A stretch of DNA of 40,347 nt, filler included, from Mycoplasmatota bacterium (GCA_012727915.1; 4 parts of 4 records of this genome joined end to end with filler, not necessarily neighbours in it), one strand, 5' to 3'; shown: positions 27,678-37,627, numbered from the whole stretch's first letter. Numbers and translations are program-made. The notes: generated by a model not told the origin, from the sequence alone.

Positions 27678-29222
27678 ATGAATAATAAAGGCGCAATATT
27701 TTCTGGATACATGTATGTATTGTTAGTGTTCTTTTTACTTTCTTTATCAACTTTATTAGTAGTTTTAAACAACTCTAAAAAAGTAAGCAATAAGGCTAGA
27801 GAAGGTGCTGAAAATATTATTGAAAATGATACTACTGAATTTAATTTGAGTCTAAATGGAAATACTACAGTATGTATTAATTTAGGACAAACATATTCTG
27901 ATTTAGGTGTTGTTTCAAAAGATTCTATGGGAAATGATGTTCCAGTTACTATTGTATCAGATTTAAATATTAATCAAATCGGAGAGTATACTGTTACTTA
28001 TACTGCTAAAGATAAGGGTAAAGAAAAAAGTATTGAAAGAAAAGTTAGAGTAATAAAAAATGATTATGTTTACATGGGAGCATCAGAAGAAATTACTTTT
28101 TATTGTGATGGATATTATCAAGTTGAATTATGGGGTTCTGATCATTCAAATGGGCTTGGTGGTTATACAAAAGGAGTTATTAATTTAAAATCTAATGAAA
28201 AACTTTATCTTTTTGTTGGTCAATTAAGTACTGTAGGAAATGCTACAGCTTTTAATGGAGGAACAGGAAGTTCTGGTGGATATCCTGGAGGTGGAGCAAC
28301 AGATGTTAGATTACTTAATAAAACTTGGAATGATTTAGAGTCTTTAAAATCAAGAATTATGATTGCGGGTGGTGCTGGTTCCGGTAATGTTCAATATTCT
28401 CATGGTGGAGGTCTTATTGGTCAAAAATCGGGTATTGCTACTGCAGGAACTCAAACTGCACCCGGAGTTAATCAAAGCGTTTCATATTTAGCTCCTTCAT
28501 TTGGAATTGGAGGAGGAGGCTGCGGAGGTGGCGGTGGATACTATGGTGCAGGTGGAGCAACATGTGTAGATGGTGGAGCTGGAGGATCAGGTTTTGTGTC
28601 AGGACTTGCGGGAGTAAATGCAATTACTAATGACTTAACTATTACTCATACAAATAACACACTTCATTATTCTGGTAAGTATTTTATTGATTCAATAATA
28701 GAAACGGGTAAAGTTGAACCTGATAGACTTACTGCATCTTCTGGTAAAGCAAAAATTACATATATAGGCACTGAATACCCTAAAACAAATACTAGTTTAG
28801 AAAGTGTAAGATATGTAAAAAGTTGTACAAATGGAAATTCAGTAAATGTATACAATAGTTGGGTAGAATTACAAGTAATTAAAGATGGAGTTAATCTTGC
28901 GCTTGGAAAAACTCCAACAGGTACATCTCCTGAAGCATCGGGATTGGAATCATATAATTTTATCGTGGATGGTATGATAGATAATTCAACTTGGACTACT
29001 GGATATGGAAGAAGTAGTTTAAATGGTAATCAATGTGTAACTATTGATTTAGGAAAAGTATATGATGTTGATGAAATTGCTGTTTGGCATTATTTTAATG
29101 ATGGAAGAACTTATACAGATAAAGTAGTGTCAGTTTCTTCTGATAATGTATCTTGGGCAGGAGTAATTATAGGAACAGGAGCAGAAACTCCTAATGGTTC
29201 TAGAGTTAATGCATGGAATTAA
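27678..29222 (+). CDS. PilX/GspK-like (no Glu5) pilin with Ig-like, glycine-rich and discoidin-like domains
   Basis: MNNKG|AIFSG + hydrophobic helix; GEYTVTYTA; GYYQVELWG...GGGATDVR...SRIMIAGG; DLGKVYDVDEIAVWHYF. Confidence 0.8.
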   Translation: MNNKGAIFSGYMYVLLVFFLLSLSTLLVVLNNSKKVSNKAREGAENIIENDTTEFNLSLNGNTTVCINLGQTYSDLGVVSKDSMGNDVPVTIVSDLNINQIGEYTVTYTAKDKGKEKSIERKVRVIKNDYVYMGASEEITFYCDGYYQVELWGSDHSNGLGGYTKGVINLKSNEKLYLFVGQLSTVGNATAFNGGTGSSGGYPGGGATDVRLLNKTWNDLESLKSRIMIAGGAGSGNVQYSHGGGLIGQKSGIATAGTQTAPGVNQSVSYLAPSFGIGGGGCGGGGGYYGAGGATCVDGGAGGSGFVSGLAGVNAITNDLTITHTNNTLHYSGKYFIDSIIETGKVEPDRLTASSGKAKITYIGTEYPKTNTSLESVRYVKSCTNGNSVNVYNSWVELQVIKDGVNLALGKTPTGTSPEASGLESYNFIVDGMIDNSTWTTGYGRSSLNGNQCVTIDLGKVYDVDEIAVWHYFNDGRTYTDKVVSVSSDNVSWAGVIIGTGAETPNGSRVNAWN

Positions 29223-29251
29223 TTGACTAATATATTTTATAAAGTTATAAT
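29223..29251 (+). promoter_or_regulatory. Sigma-A promoter for T-box/valS operon
   Basis: TTGACT-17-TATAAT. Confidence 0.8.
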
Positions 29252-29257
29252 ATTAGT

Positions 29258-29451
29258 GTATACAAAGATTAAGAGGAGTAGTATATATTTAATTAAAAGA
29301 GAGTTAGTGTTTGGTGAAAACTAATATATAATATATATGAATGTTACTTATGAGTATAATCGGGAATCTTCGTTAAGGATTTAAGAACATAGAAATCTAT
29401 GTAAGGTGGTACCACGCAAAGCGTCCTTAAGTTTTAAGGGTGCTTTTTTTT
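29258..29451 (+). promoter_or_regulatory. T-box riboswitch (valine)
   Basis: Stem I with AGTA/GAA motif, AGAGA and GGTGAAA boxes; antiterminator AAGG-TGGTACC-ACG..CGT-CCTT (29403-29428); terminator aaagcgtccttaa/ttaagggtgcttt + T run; valS downstream. Confidence 0.92.
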
Positions 29452-29460
29452 GGAGGATAA

Positions 29461-30225
29461 ATGAAAAAAGAGTTGTTAGAATTTAAAAAACATGTAGAGA
29501 AATATGATTTTAAAAATTTAGGAATTAAATTTAAATATAATCATTCAATTGGTGTAATGAAAATAGGGAATTCAATTGCGAAAAAATTAAAGTTAAAAGA
29601 TAATGAAGTTTATATGGTTACTTTAGCGTGTTTGTTACATGATATTGGAAGATTTGATCAATTAAAGATATATGATACTTTTAATGACAAAAAGAGTTTT
29701 GATCATGGTGATTATGCTTATAATTATATTAAAAAGAATAATTATTTAAGAAAGTATACTGATGATACTACATATGATACTGCTATATTAAAGTCAATTA
29801 AATATCATAATAAATTTAAAATTGGAAAATGTAATGAAATAGAGTTATTGTTTTCAAAAATAGTTAGAGATGCTGATAAGGTTGATATATTATTAAATGA
29901 TGGTTTTAAAAAATTTAGTGAATATGAAACTAATGAACTTGAAATATCTGATTCGGTGTATAATAAAATCTTAAATGAAAAAGATATTTCATATGATGAT
30001 ACTAATAATAAATTGGATAGAATATTATTGGGACTTGCAATGATTTATGATATTAATTTTGATTGTAGTTTTTCGTTTATTAAAGGTAAGGGAATAGTCA
30101 AAAGGGTAATTGGTTTTTTGAAAGCAAAAAATAAAAACAAAGATACTCTTGATAAATTAAATATAATAGAAAAGAAACTTGAAGAATATATTGAAAGGAG
30201 AGTAAATAATGGAAAAAAAGTATGA
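29461..30225 (+). CDS. HD-domain metal-dependent phosphohydrolase
   Basis: HSIGV, LLHDIGRF, DHG, YHN, VRDADK motifs. Confidence 0.9.
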   Translation: MKKELLEFKKHVEKYDFKNLGIKFKYNHSIGVMKIGNSIAKKLKLKDNEVYMVTLACLLHDIGRFDQLKIYDTFNDKKSFDHGDYAYNYIKKNNYLRKYTDDTTYDTAILKSIKYHNKFKIGKCNEIELLFSKIVRDADKVDILLNDGFKKFSEYETNELEISDSVYNKILNEKDISYDDTNNKLDRILLGLAMIYDINFDCSFSFIKGKGIVKRVIGFLKAKNKNKDTLDKLNIIEKKLEEYIERRVNNGKKV

Positions 30226-32689
30226 TCATAGACTAGTTGAATATGGTAAATATGATTATTGGTTAAAAAACGATTTATTTAAATCTGGGGATTTAAATAA
30301 GAAACCTTTTAGTATTGTTATTCCTCCTCCTAATGTAACAGGTAAATTGCACTTAGGTCATGCATGGGATACATCTCTTCAAGATATTATTGCAAGGTAT
30401 AAAAGGTTAAAAGGTTATGATGTATTATGGTTACCAGGTATGGATCATGCAGGAGTAGCAACTCAAGCAAAGATTGATGCTAGATTAAAAGAACAAGGTA
30501 TTAATCCCAAGTCTATTGGTAGAGATAAATGGATGGAATATGCTTGGAGTTATAAAGAGGAATACGCTAATATAATTAGAAAACAATGGTCTAATTTGGG
30601 TTTAAGTTTAGACTATAGTAAAGAAAGATTTACTTTAGATGAAGGATCTAGTAATGCTGTTAACAAAGTATTTATTGATTTATATAATAAGGGATATATT
30701 TATAGAGGTACTAAACCTATAAATTGGGATCCTATTGCAAAGACAGCGTTATCTAATATAGAGGTAATTTATAAAAAAACTAAAGGTAATATGTATTATT
30801 TTAAATATATGTTTCCTAATTCGGATCAATATATAGAAGTTGCTACAACTCGTCCTGAAACAATGGCAAGTGATAAAGCAGTAGTAGTTAATCCTAAAGA
30901 TGATAGATATAAAAATATTGTTGGAAAGAGTGTTATATCGCCTTTAAGAAAGGAATTAATACCAGTTATTACAGATGAATATATTGATATATCTTTTGGA
31001 ACAGGCGCTATGAAATGTAGTGCACATGCTATAGATGATTTTGATATATTAAAAAAGAATAATATAGAAATAGTAGAATCTATTGATACTAATGGTATAT
31101 TAAATGATTATGCTTTAGAATTTTCTGGTTTAACAAGAGAAGAAGCAAGAATAAAAATAGTTGAAAAATTAAATAAAGAAGGATTAATAACAAAGATTGA
31201 AGATTATAATCATGAAGTGGGTTATTCAGAAAGAACTGATGCAGTAATAGAAATAATGATTATGCCTCAATGGTTTGTAAAAATGGATGGATTATCTAAA
31301 GCTTTATTAGATGTTCAAAGTGATAAAGAAAAAAAAGTAAAATTTGTTACTTCAAGATTTGAAAAGATATTAATAAATTGGATGATTTCAATACAAGATT
31401 GGTGTATTTCAAGACAAGTTTGGTGGGGACATAGAATTCCTGCATGGTATAAAGATGATCAAGTAAAAGTACAAATTGAGTCTCCTGGTTTAGAGTGGAC
31501 TCAAGATGAAGATGTATTAGATACTTGGTTTTCATCTGCTTTATGGCCATTTAGTACATTGGGTTTTCCTAATAAAACTAATGATTTAGAAAGATATTTT
31601 CCAATAGATATAATGGTTACTGGTTATGATATTATATTTTTTTGGGTTGCCAGGATGATGTTTCAATCTATAGAATTTATGAATAACATTCCTTTTAAAG
31701 AAGTATTAATACATGGGTTAGTAAGGGATAAAAATGGTAAGAAAATGTCTAAATCCTTAGGTAATGGAATAGATCCTATGGATGTTATTGAAAAATATGG
31801 AGCTGATTCTTTAAGATACTTTATTACTACTAATACAGCTCAAGGTATGGATTTAAGATATGATGAGGAAAAAATAAAATCAACTTGGAATTTTATCAAT
31901 AAGATATGGAATGCATCTAGATATGTAGAAATGAATTTAAATAATGAATCAGAATTAAGTGTTATTGATAAATGGATATTATTTAAATTTAATAATAAAG
32001 TAAAATCTATTACAAAAAATATGGATAAATATGATTTTCAAAATGTAGGCTCTGAATTATATGAGTTTATTTGGAATGATTTTTGTGATTGGTATATTGA
32101 ATTATCTAAAGTACACTTAAATTCAAAAGTATTAAAATATATATTATTTTCTATATTAAAAATGTTACATCCATTTATGCCTTTTGTTACAGAAGATATT
32201 TATATGAATTTTGAGAATAAATCAATTATGTTAGAAGAATATCCTAAATATGATAAAGAATTAAATTATAAAAATGAATATAAATTAATAGAAGATTTAA
32301 AAGAATATATTATTAAAGTAAGGAATATTAAATTAGAATATAGTATTACTAAAGATGCTTTAATTGAATATACATGTAAAGATGAATTTGTTTTAAAAAT
32401 ATTAAATAAATTATTAAAATTAGATGATTATTTTAAATATAATGATGAAAACATGAATAAGATTTCAATAATATCCGATAATAAAGATATTACAATTAAT
32501 TATTATATTAATGAAAATGTTATTGATGATACTAAAGAAATAGAAGAATTAAAATTAAGTATTGAAAGAAGAAAAAAATTATTATCTAACGAGGGATATG
32601 TAAATAAAGCTCCAAAGAATATAGTAGAAGAAGAAAGATTAAAATTAGAAGAAGAATTAATAAAATTAAATAATTTGGAGGCTAAATGA
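30209..32689 (+). CDS. valS: Valine--tRNA ligase
   Basis: PPPNVTGKLHLGH, DHAGVATQ, ATTRPET, DWCISRQ, DVLDTWFSS, KMSKS, C-terminal coiled coil. Confidence 0.98.
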   Translation: MEKKYDHRLVEYGKYDYWLKNDLFKSGDLNKKPFSIVIPPPNVTGKLHLGHAWDTSLQDIIARYKRLKGYDVLWLPGMDHAGVATQAKIDARLKEQGINPKSIGRDKWMEYAWSYKEEYANIIRKQWSNLGLSLDYSKERFTLDEGSSNAVNKVFIDLYNKGYIYRGTKPINWDPIAKTALSNIEVIYKKTKGNMYYFKYMFPNSDQYIEVATTRPETMASDKAVVVNPKDDRYKNIVGKSVISPLRKELIPVITDEYIDISFGTGAMKCSAHAIDDFDILKKNNIEIVESIDTNGILNDYALEFSGLTREEARIKIVEKLNKEGLITKIEDYNHEVGYSERTDAVIEIMIMPQWFVKMDGLSKALLDVQSDKEKKVKFVTSRFEKILINWMISIQDWCISRQVWWGHRIPAWYKDDQVKVQIESPGLEWTQDEDVLDTWFSSALWPFSTLGFPNKTNDLERYFPIDIMVTGYDIIFFWVARMMFQSIEFMNNIPFKEVLIHGLVRDKNGKKMSKSLGNGIDPMDVIEKYGADSLRYFITTNTAQGMDLRYDEEKIKSTWNFINKIWNASRYVEMNLNNESELSVIDKWILFKFNNKVKSITKNMDKYDFQNVGSELYEFIWNDFCDWYIELSKVHLNSKVLKYILFSILKMLHPFMPFVTEDIYMNFENKSIMLEEYPKYDKELNYKNEYKLIEDLKEYIIKVRNIKLEYSITKDALIEYTCKDEFVLKILNKLLKLDDYFKYNDENMNKISIISDNKDITINYYINENVIDDTKEIEELKLSIERRKKLLSNEGYVNKAPKNIVEEERLKLEEELIKLNNLEAK

Positions 32690-34251
32690 ATTTGACAATA
32701 TTAGATATATTAAGAAATTATGATTCAAGTTTTTATTATGAAGATGATTATAGAAAAAAAGAAACAAATGGTGTTTATAATATTGAAGAATCACAACTCG
32801 ATTTGGATGATATTTTAGTATTTTTAAATAATAATAATTTATTTGATAATATAATTAAAGAAATTAATTCAATAGATAAAAAATATTTATATTCGAGTTT
32901 TAATCATGGTTATTATCACAATGAAAGAGTATTGTTTTTTGGATATTTAATAGGAAAAGAAAGAAAATTGAACGATATAAATATGAAAATATTAATGGAT
33001 GCTTGTAAGTATCATGATATAGGAAGAGTAAATGATATAAGAGATGATATTCATGGATTAATAAGTTCTAATAAAATTGATAAAGTAATAGAAAACGATG
33101 AATTTTATAAGAATCCAGAAAATTTAAAATTATTAAAATGTGCAATAGAATATCATTCTACTTTTGATAAATATTTAGAACCAATGATAGAAAATTATGA
33201 AATAAATGATAAAGAATCAGCAAAAGAAATAATGAAAATATTAAAGGATGCAGATGGATTAGATAGAGTAAGATTATCTATGGGAAGAACATATTCTGAT
33301 TTAGATCCAAGCTTTTTAAGAACAAAAGAAGCAAAAAGATTAATAAAAGCATCGCATCAACTAAATGAACTATATTTGAAAGTATTTAAAGAAAAAACCA
33401 AACAAAATGATTTGGATGAAGTTAAAAAAAATACTGAGGGTGAATTATACTTGCATTCAGTTGGGTTAGACTTTTTTAAATTTGAAAGCATATTGAATAA
33501 TGGAATATTATCAAAAAATGAATTATTAAAAAGAAATATTTTAAGTTCAAAAAATTTTGATGGATGTAATTTTGAAGATTATATTTCTGTTGCAATTTAT
33601 GGAAATGAGTATTATTCTCCAAATAATTCATATAATAATCATGTAAGAGGAAACATAATATTTTGTATTTCAAATATTGAAGCTTTTGATGGTCATAAAA
33701 CAACCGAATTAACAGTTGAAGATTATAAAAACAGATCAATATTATTACCAATAAATATGGGGGGATATGCAGATGAAAGATTTGTTAAGGAAGAGATTCC
33801 TATAGAAAAAATTGATAAAGTGATTATTCCAAAAAATATATTGAACTTAAAATTAACTGATATAAATTATATAAGTTCATCTTTATCTTTTGATGCTATT
33901 GAAAGTCAGATAAATTATTATACTTCTATTGTTGAATCAAAGTGGAACCAGCCTATTAATAGGGAAGAATTTAAATTTTTAGTAAATTCAGCAAGATCAA
34001 TTGAAGAAAAAAGAAAAAGGAAAGAAATATCTTCAAAAGATTTTCAAGATGAATTATATTCTTTTTCAAAAAAGATGAATTATAAAATTGGATTAATGGT
34101 TGATTCTATGTATAAATCTATATTTAATAAAGAGGATGTTAATATTGGAGATGTAGTTGAAGATATATTAGAAAGAAACAAATTAAACATTTCAATGGAT
34201 GACGAAAATTTTTTATATATTAATCTTGGAGAAACAAAAAAATTACAATAA
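32686..34251 (+). CDS. HD-domain protein fused to a putative ADP-ribosyltransferase-like domain
   Basis: HGYYH, YHDIGR, HG, KDADGLDRVR (HD); LYLH...ESILNNGILS...YISV...DE.FV...IPIEKIDKVII (ART-like, inferred). Confidence 0.7.
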   Translation: MNLTILDILRNYDSSFYYEDDYRKKETNGVYNIEESQLDLDDILVFLNNNNLFDNIIKEINSIDKKYLYSSFNHGYYHNERVLFFGYLIGKERKLNDINMKILMDACKYHDIGRVNDIRDDIHGLISSNKIDKVIENDEFYKNPENLKLLKCAIEYHSTFDKYLEPMIENYEINDKESAKEIMKILKDADGLDRVRLSMGRTYSDLDPSFLRTKEAKRLIKASHQLNELYLKVFKEKTKQNDLDEVKKNTEGELYLHSVGLDFFKFESILNNGILSKNELLKRNILSSKNFDGCNFEDYISVAIYGNEYYSPNNSYNNHVRGNIIFCISNIEAFDGHKTTELTVEDYKNRSILLPINMGGYADERFVKEEIPIEKIDKVIIPKNILNLKLTDINYISSSLSFDAIESQINYYTSIVESKWNQPINREEFKFLVNSARSIEEKRKRKEISSKDFQDELYSFSKKMNYKIGLMVDSMYKSIFNKEDVNIGDVVEDILERNKLNISMDDENFLYINLGETKKLQ

Positions 34252-34283
34252 TCATGTTATAATAAATAGAAGGAAGTGATTAT

Positions 34284-34832
34284 ATGTATTCTTATATAAA
34301 TGGTTTATTAACAGAAATTAATTCAACACATGTAGTAATAGATAATAATGGAATAGGATATAAGATATTTGTATCTAATCCTTATTCTTTTAAATTAGAA
34401 GAGATTTATAAATTATATATATATACTCATATAAGAGAAGATGAGTATTCTTTATATGGATTTAAAGAAATAGAAGAAAGAGATTTATTTTTAAAATTAA
34501 TTGAGGTAAAAGGAGTTGGGCCTAAAATGGCTCTTCCAATGCTTGCAACAGGTTCACCAAATGGTATTATGGACGCAATAAATAGAGAAAACATATTATA
34601 TTTAAAGAAATTTCCTAAGATTGGAGATAAGGTTGCAAAACAAATAATTTTAGATTTAAAAGGTAAATTTAAAGTTGAAAATATTGAGATAGAAGAGTCT
34701 GATGAATTATATGAAGCTTTAAAAGGATTAGGATATAAGAATCAAGATATTATGAAAGTGATATCAAAGGTTGAAAAAGATAAAACTATAGAGGAAAAAA
34801 TAAAACAAGCATTAAAATTATTATTAAAGTAG
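34284..34832 (+). CDS. ruvA: Holliday junction branch migration protein RuvA
   Basis: GIGY, LYGF, VKGVGPKMAL, KIGDKVAKQIILDL, ALKGLGY. Confidence 0.97.
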   Translation: MYSYINGLLTEINSTHVVIDNNGIGYKIFVSNPYSFKLEEIYKLYIYTHIREDEYSLYGFKEIEERDLFLKLIEVKGVGPKMALPMLATGSPNGIMDAINRENILYLKKFPKIGDKVAKQIILDLKGKFKVENIEIEESDELYEALKGLGYKNQDIMKVISKVEKDKTIEEKIKQALKLLLK

Positions 34833-34839
34833 GTGAATT

Positions 34840-35844
34840 ATGGAGGAAAGGGTTATTACTAATAAAAAACTAGAAGAAGATCAATTTGAATCTACTATTA
34901 GACCTGATAGTATTGATGAATATATTGGTCAAACTGAAGTAAAAGAGAATTTAAAAGTATTCATTGAAGCTGCAAAGATGAGAGATGAATCTCTTGATCA
35001 TGTTCTTTTATATGGGCCTCCTGGATTAGGAAAAACCACTTTAGCATATATTGTTGCTCATGAACTTGGAAGAAACATTAAAACTGCTAGTGGGCCTTCT
35101 ATTGAAAAAAGTGGTGATTTAGCGGCTGTATTATCTACATTAGAACCAGGTGATGTTTTGTTTATTGATGAAATTCATAGAATGCCTAGATATATTGAAG
35201 AAATATTATATCCTGCTATGGAAGATTTTTCTTTAGATATTATTGTTGGTAGTGATGGTAATAGTAGAAATATAAAAATTGATTTACCACCATTTACTTT
35301 AGTAGGTGCAACAACAAGAGCAGGAGATTTAACTAGTCCATTAAGAGATAGGTTTGGAATAGTATTTAAATTAGATTATTATACTGAAGATGAATTATTT
35401 CAAATAGTAAAAAGAACTAGTAGAGTATTAGAAATTGATATTGAAGATGATGCTGCTTTAGAACTCGCAATTAGAAGTAGAGGTACTCCAAGAGTAGCTA
35501 ACAGATTATTTAAAAGAGTTAGAGATTTTGCTTTAGTAATGGGTAATGGAAGTATAGATAAAAAGATAACCAAGTTAGCGCTCAAAAGATTAAAAGTAGA
35601 TGAATTAGGATTAGATAATACTGATAAACAATTATTAGAAGCTATAATATATAAATTTAATGGAGGTCCAGTAGGAATAGAGTCTCTAGCGGCTTCTATT
35701 GCTGAAGAAGTATCTACTATTGAAGATGTATATGAACCTTATTTATTAAAATTAGGATTCTTAAAAAGGACTAATAGAGGTAGAGTAGTTACTGAAAAAG
35801 CTTATGAACATTTAAATATTAAATTAGATGATAGATTATTTTAG
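34840..35844 (+). CDS. ruvB: Holliday junction DNA helicase RuvB
   Basis: [37 protein letters not shown]. Confidence 0.98.
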   Translation: MEERVITNKKLEEDQFESTIRPDSIDEYIGQTEVKENLKVFIEAAKMRDESLDHVLLYGPPGLGKTTLAYIVAHELGRNIKTASGPSIEKSGDLAAVLSTLEPGDVLFIDEIHRMPRYIEEILYPAMEDFSLDIIVGSDGNSRNIKIDLPPFTLVGATTRAGDLTSPLRDRFGIVFKLDYYTEDELFQIVKRTSRVLEIDIEDDAALELAIRSRGTPRVANRLFKRVRDFALVMGNGSIDKKITKLALKRLKVDELGLDNTDKQLLEAIIYKFNGGPVGIESLAASIAEEVSTIEDVYEPYLLKLGFLKRTNRGRVVTEKAYEHLNIKLDDRLF

Positions 35845-35853
35845 AGGAGAAAA

Positions 35854-36402
35854 ATGAAAAAAAAGTTAATGGTTGATATGGATGATGTTATTGTTAATGG
35901 AGGATTATTATATATAATAAATGATTTTTTAGGAACAAACTATACTGAAGACTATTTTAAGTCATTTTATATGCAAGACATTGTTGAAGATAAAGAAGCT
36001 TTTTTTAAATTTTTTTTGACAAAAAATATGTATGATTATTGTAAACTATCAGAAAATGCTTATGAGGTTTTAGAATATTTAAATGAAAAATATGATCTTT
36101 TTATTGGTACATCGTATATATTTAAAGAAATTCCGAAAGAATCTGGTAAAATATTATTAGATAAATTTAATTATTTGCAAGATAAATTACCTTTTATTAG
36201 TCCATATAAATATATATTTTTAGGAGATAAATCTGTATTGGATTTTGAAGTAAAAATAGATGATAAAGAAGAAAATCTGGAAGGAGCAGAAAAAAAAATA
36301 TTGTTTACAGCATATCACAATAAAAATATATCAGATGAAGAATTAAAAACAAAAGCTATAGAAAGAGCTTTAAATTGGTTAGATGTTAAAAAATTATTAT
36401 AA
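35854..36402 (+). CDS. 5'(3')-deoxyribonucleotidase (NT5C, HAD family)
   Basis: VDMDDV motif I, KIDD, ILFTAYHN, NW. Confidence 0.85.
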   Translation: MKKKLMVDMDDVIVNGGLLYIINDFLGTNYTEDYFKSFYMQDIVEDKEAFFKFFLTKNMYDYCKLSENAYEVLEYLNEKYDLFIGTSYIFKEIPKESGKILLDKFNYLQDKLPFISPYKYIFLGDKSVLDFEVKIDDKEENLEGAEKKILFTAYHNKNISDEELKTKAIERALNWLDVKKLL

Positions 36403-36419
36403 AAATAGGAGGTTTTGAA

Positions 36420-37604
36420 ATGAAAATAGACATATTACCAAATTATTATTTAGAAAAAGATGGAAGATTTAACAAAGAAAAAGCATTAAATTTATGTGGT
36501 AAAATTGCTGGTGTTTGTTATGATAAAGAAGGATATAAACATTTAGAAAACGAACCAATAGAAAAAACTAATAAGAGAATAGATATGACTTTAAATAATG
36601 GGCATCATAGTGTATATGATCATATAAATATTAGTTTAAATTTGCAAAACATACCTAAAATTTTAGCAATGGTTTTAAATAATGAACATCAATACACTAC
36701 TAGTGAAAAATCAGCAAGATATACCCCGGTTGTAAAAGAAGAAGGTTCAATAATAACTGAATTAGAAGAGAATTTATATAATAAATGGCTTGAAATATTT
36801 AAAGCAAAAATTAAAGATCAATATGGATATATTTATAATGATTCAAAAATACAAAAATTAGCGCAAGAAAATGCTAGGTATCTAGTAACAGTTTTTATGC
36901 CAACACAAATGATTTATACAACTTCATTTAGGCAAATTAACTATTTAGCATCTTGGATGGATAAATATACTTATAAAACTAATAATAATGATTTTGGAAA
37001 AAAATTGGGAAAAAATATGGAAGATTTTTATTTTGAATTACTTAGATTAAACATACTTGAATCAGGCTTAATGTTTAATGAAAAAGATAGAAACATTTCT
37101 TTATTTGGTAAAGAATTAAATAAAAAGGAAGAGATATTTAGTGATATATATCAAACTACTTATAAAGGTTCTTTTGCTCAATTGGCTCAAGCACAAAGAC
37201 ATAGAACATTAGATTATAAAATTGAACTATTAGATGAAAAAGAATATTTTGTACCACCAATAATAAAAGATGATGAACAATTAGTAGAAGAGTGGTTAAA
37301 TGATATGAATAAAGTAAAGGACTTTTATCCACAAGGAGAATTAGTATATATTAATGAAATAGGGAAATATGATGATTTCATATTAAAATGTAAAGAAAGA
37401 TTATGTTCAAGTGCTCAATTAGAAATTATGCAGCAAACAAAAGCTACATTAGTAAAATATAAAGATTCTTTAGAAAAAAGTAATAATCCTTTAAAAGATA
37501 ATATTAAATTATATTCTAAAGGGGCAAGATGTACTTTTCCAGACTATACTTGTTCAAATGATTGTAATTTTAAAGAAGGAAAATTATTATCAAGAAAAAT
37601 ATAA
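36420..37604 (+). CDS. thyX: FAD-dependent thymidylate synthase, long two-domain form
   Basis: AGVCY, GHHSVYDH, SEKSARY, QENARY, AQAQRHR, ERLC..AQLEI. Confidence 0.82.
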   Translation: MKIDILPNYYLEKDGRFNKEKALNLCGKIAGVCYDKEGYKHLENEPIEKTNKRIDMTLNNGHHSVYDHINISLNLQNIPKILAMVLNNEHQYTTSEKSARYTPVVKEEGSIITELEENLYNKWLEIFKAKIKDQYGYIYNDSKIQKLAQENARYLVTVFMPTQMIYTTSFRQINYLASWMDKYTYKTNNNDFGKKLGKNMEDFYFELLRLNILESGLMFNEKDRNISLFGKELNKKEEIFSDIYQTTYKGSFAQLAQAQRHRTLDYKIELLDEKEYFVPPIIKDDEQLVEEWLNDMNKVKDFYPQGELVYINEIGKYDDFILKCKERLCSSAQLEIMQQTKATLVKYKDSLEKSNNPLKDNIKLYSKGARCTFPDYTCSNDCNFKEGKLLSRKI

Positions 37605-37627
37605 CTGATTATTAATCAGTTATTTTT
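37601..37627 (+). terminator. Rho-independent terminator
   Basis: ataactgatt-att-aatcagttat + T run. Confidence 0.75.
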
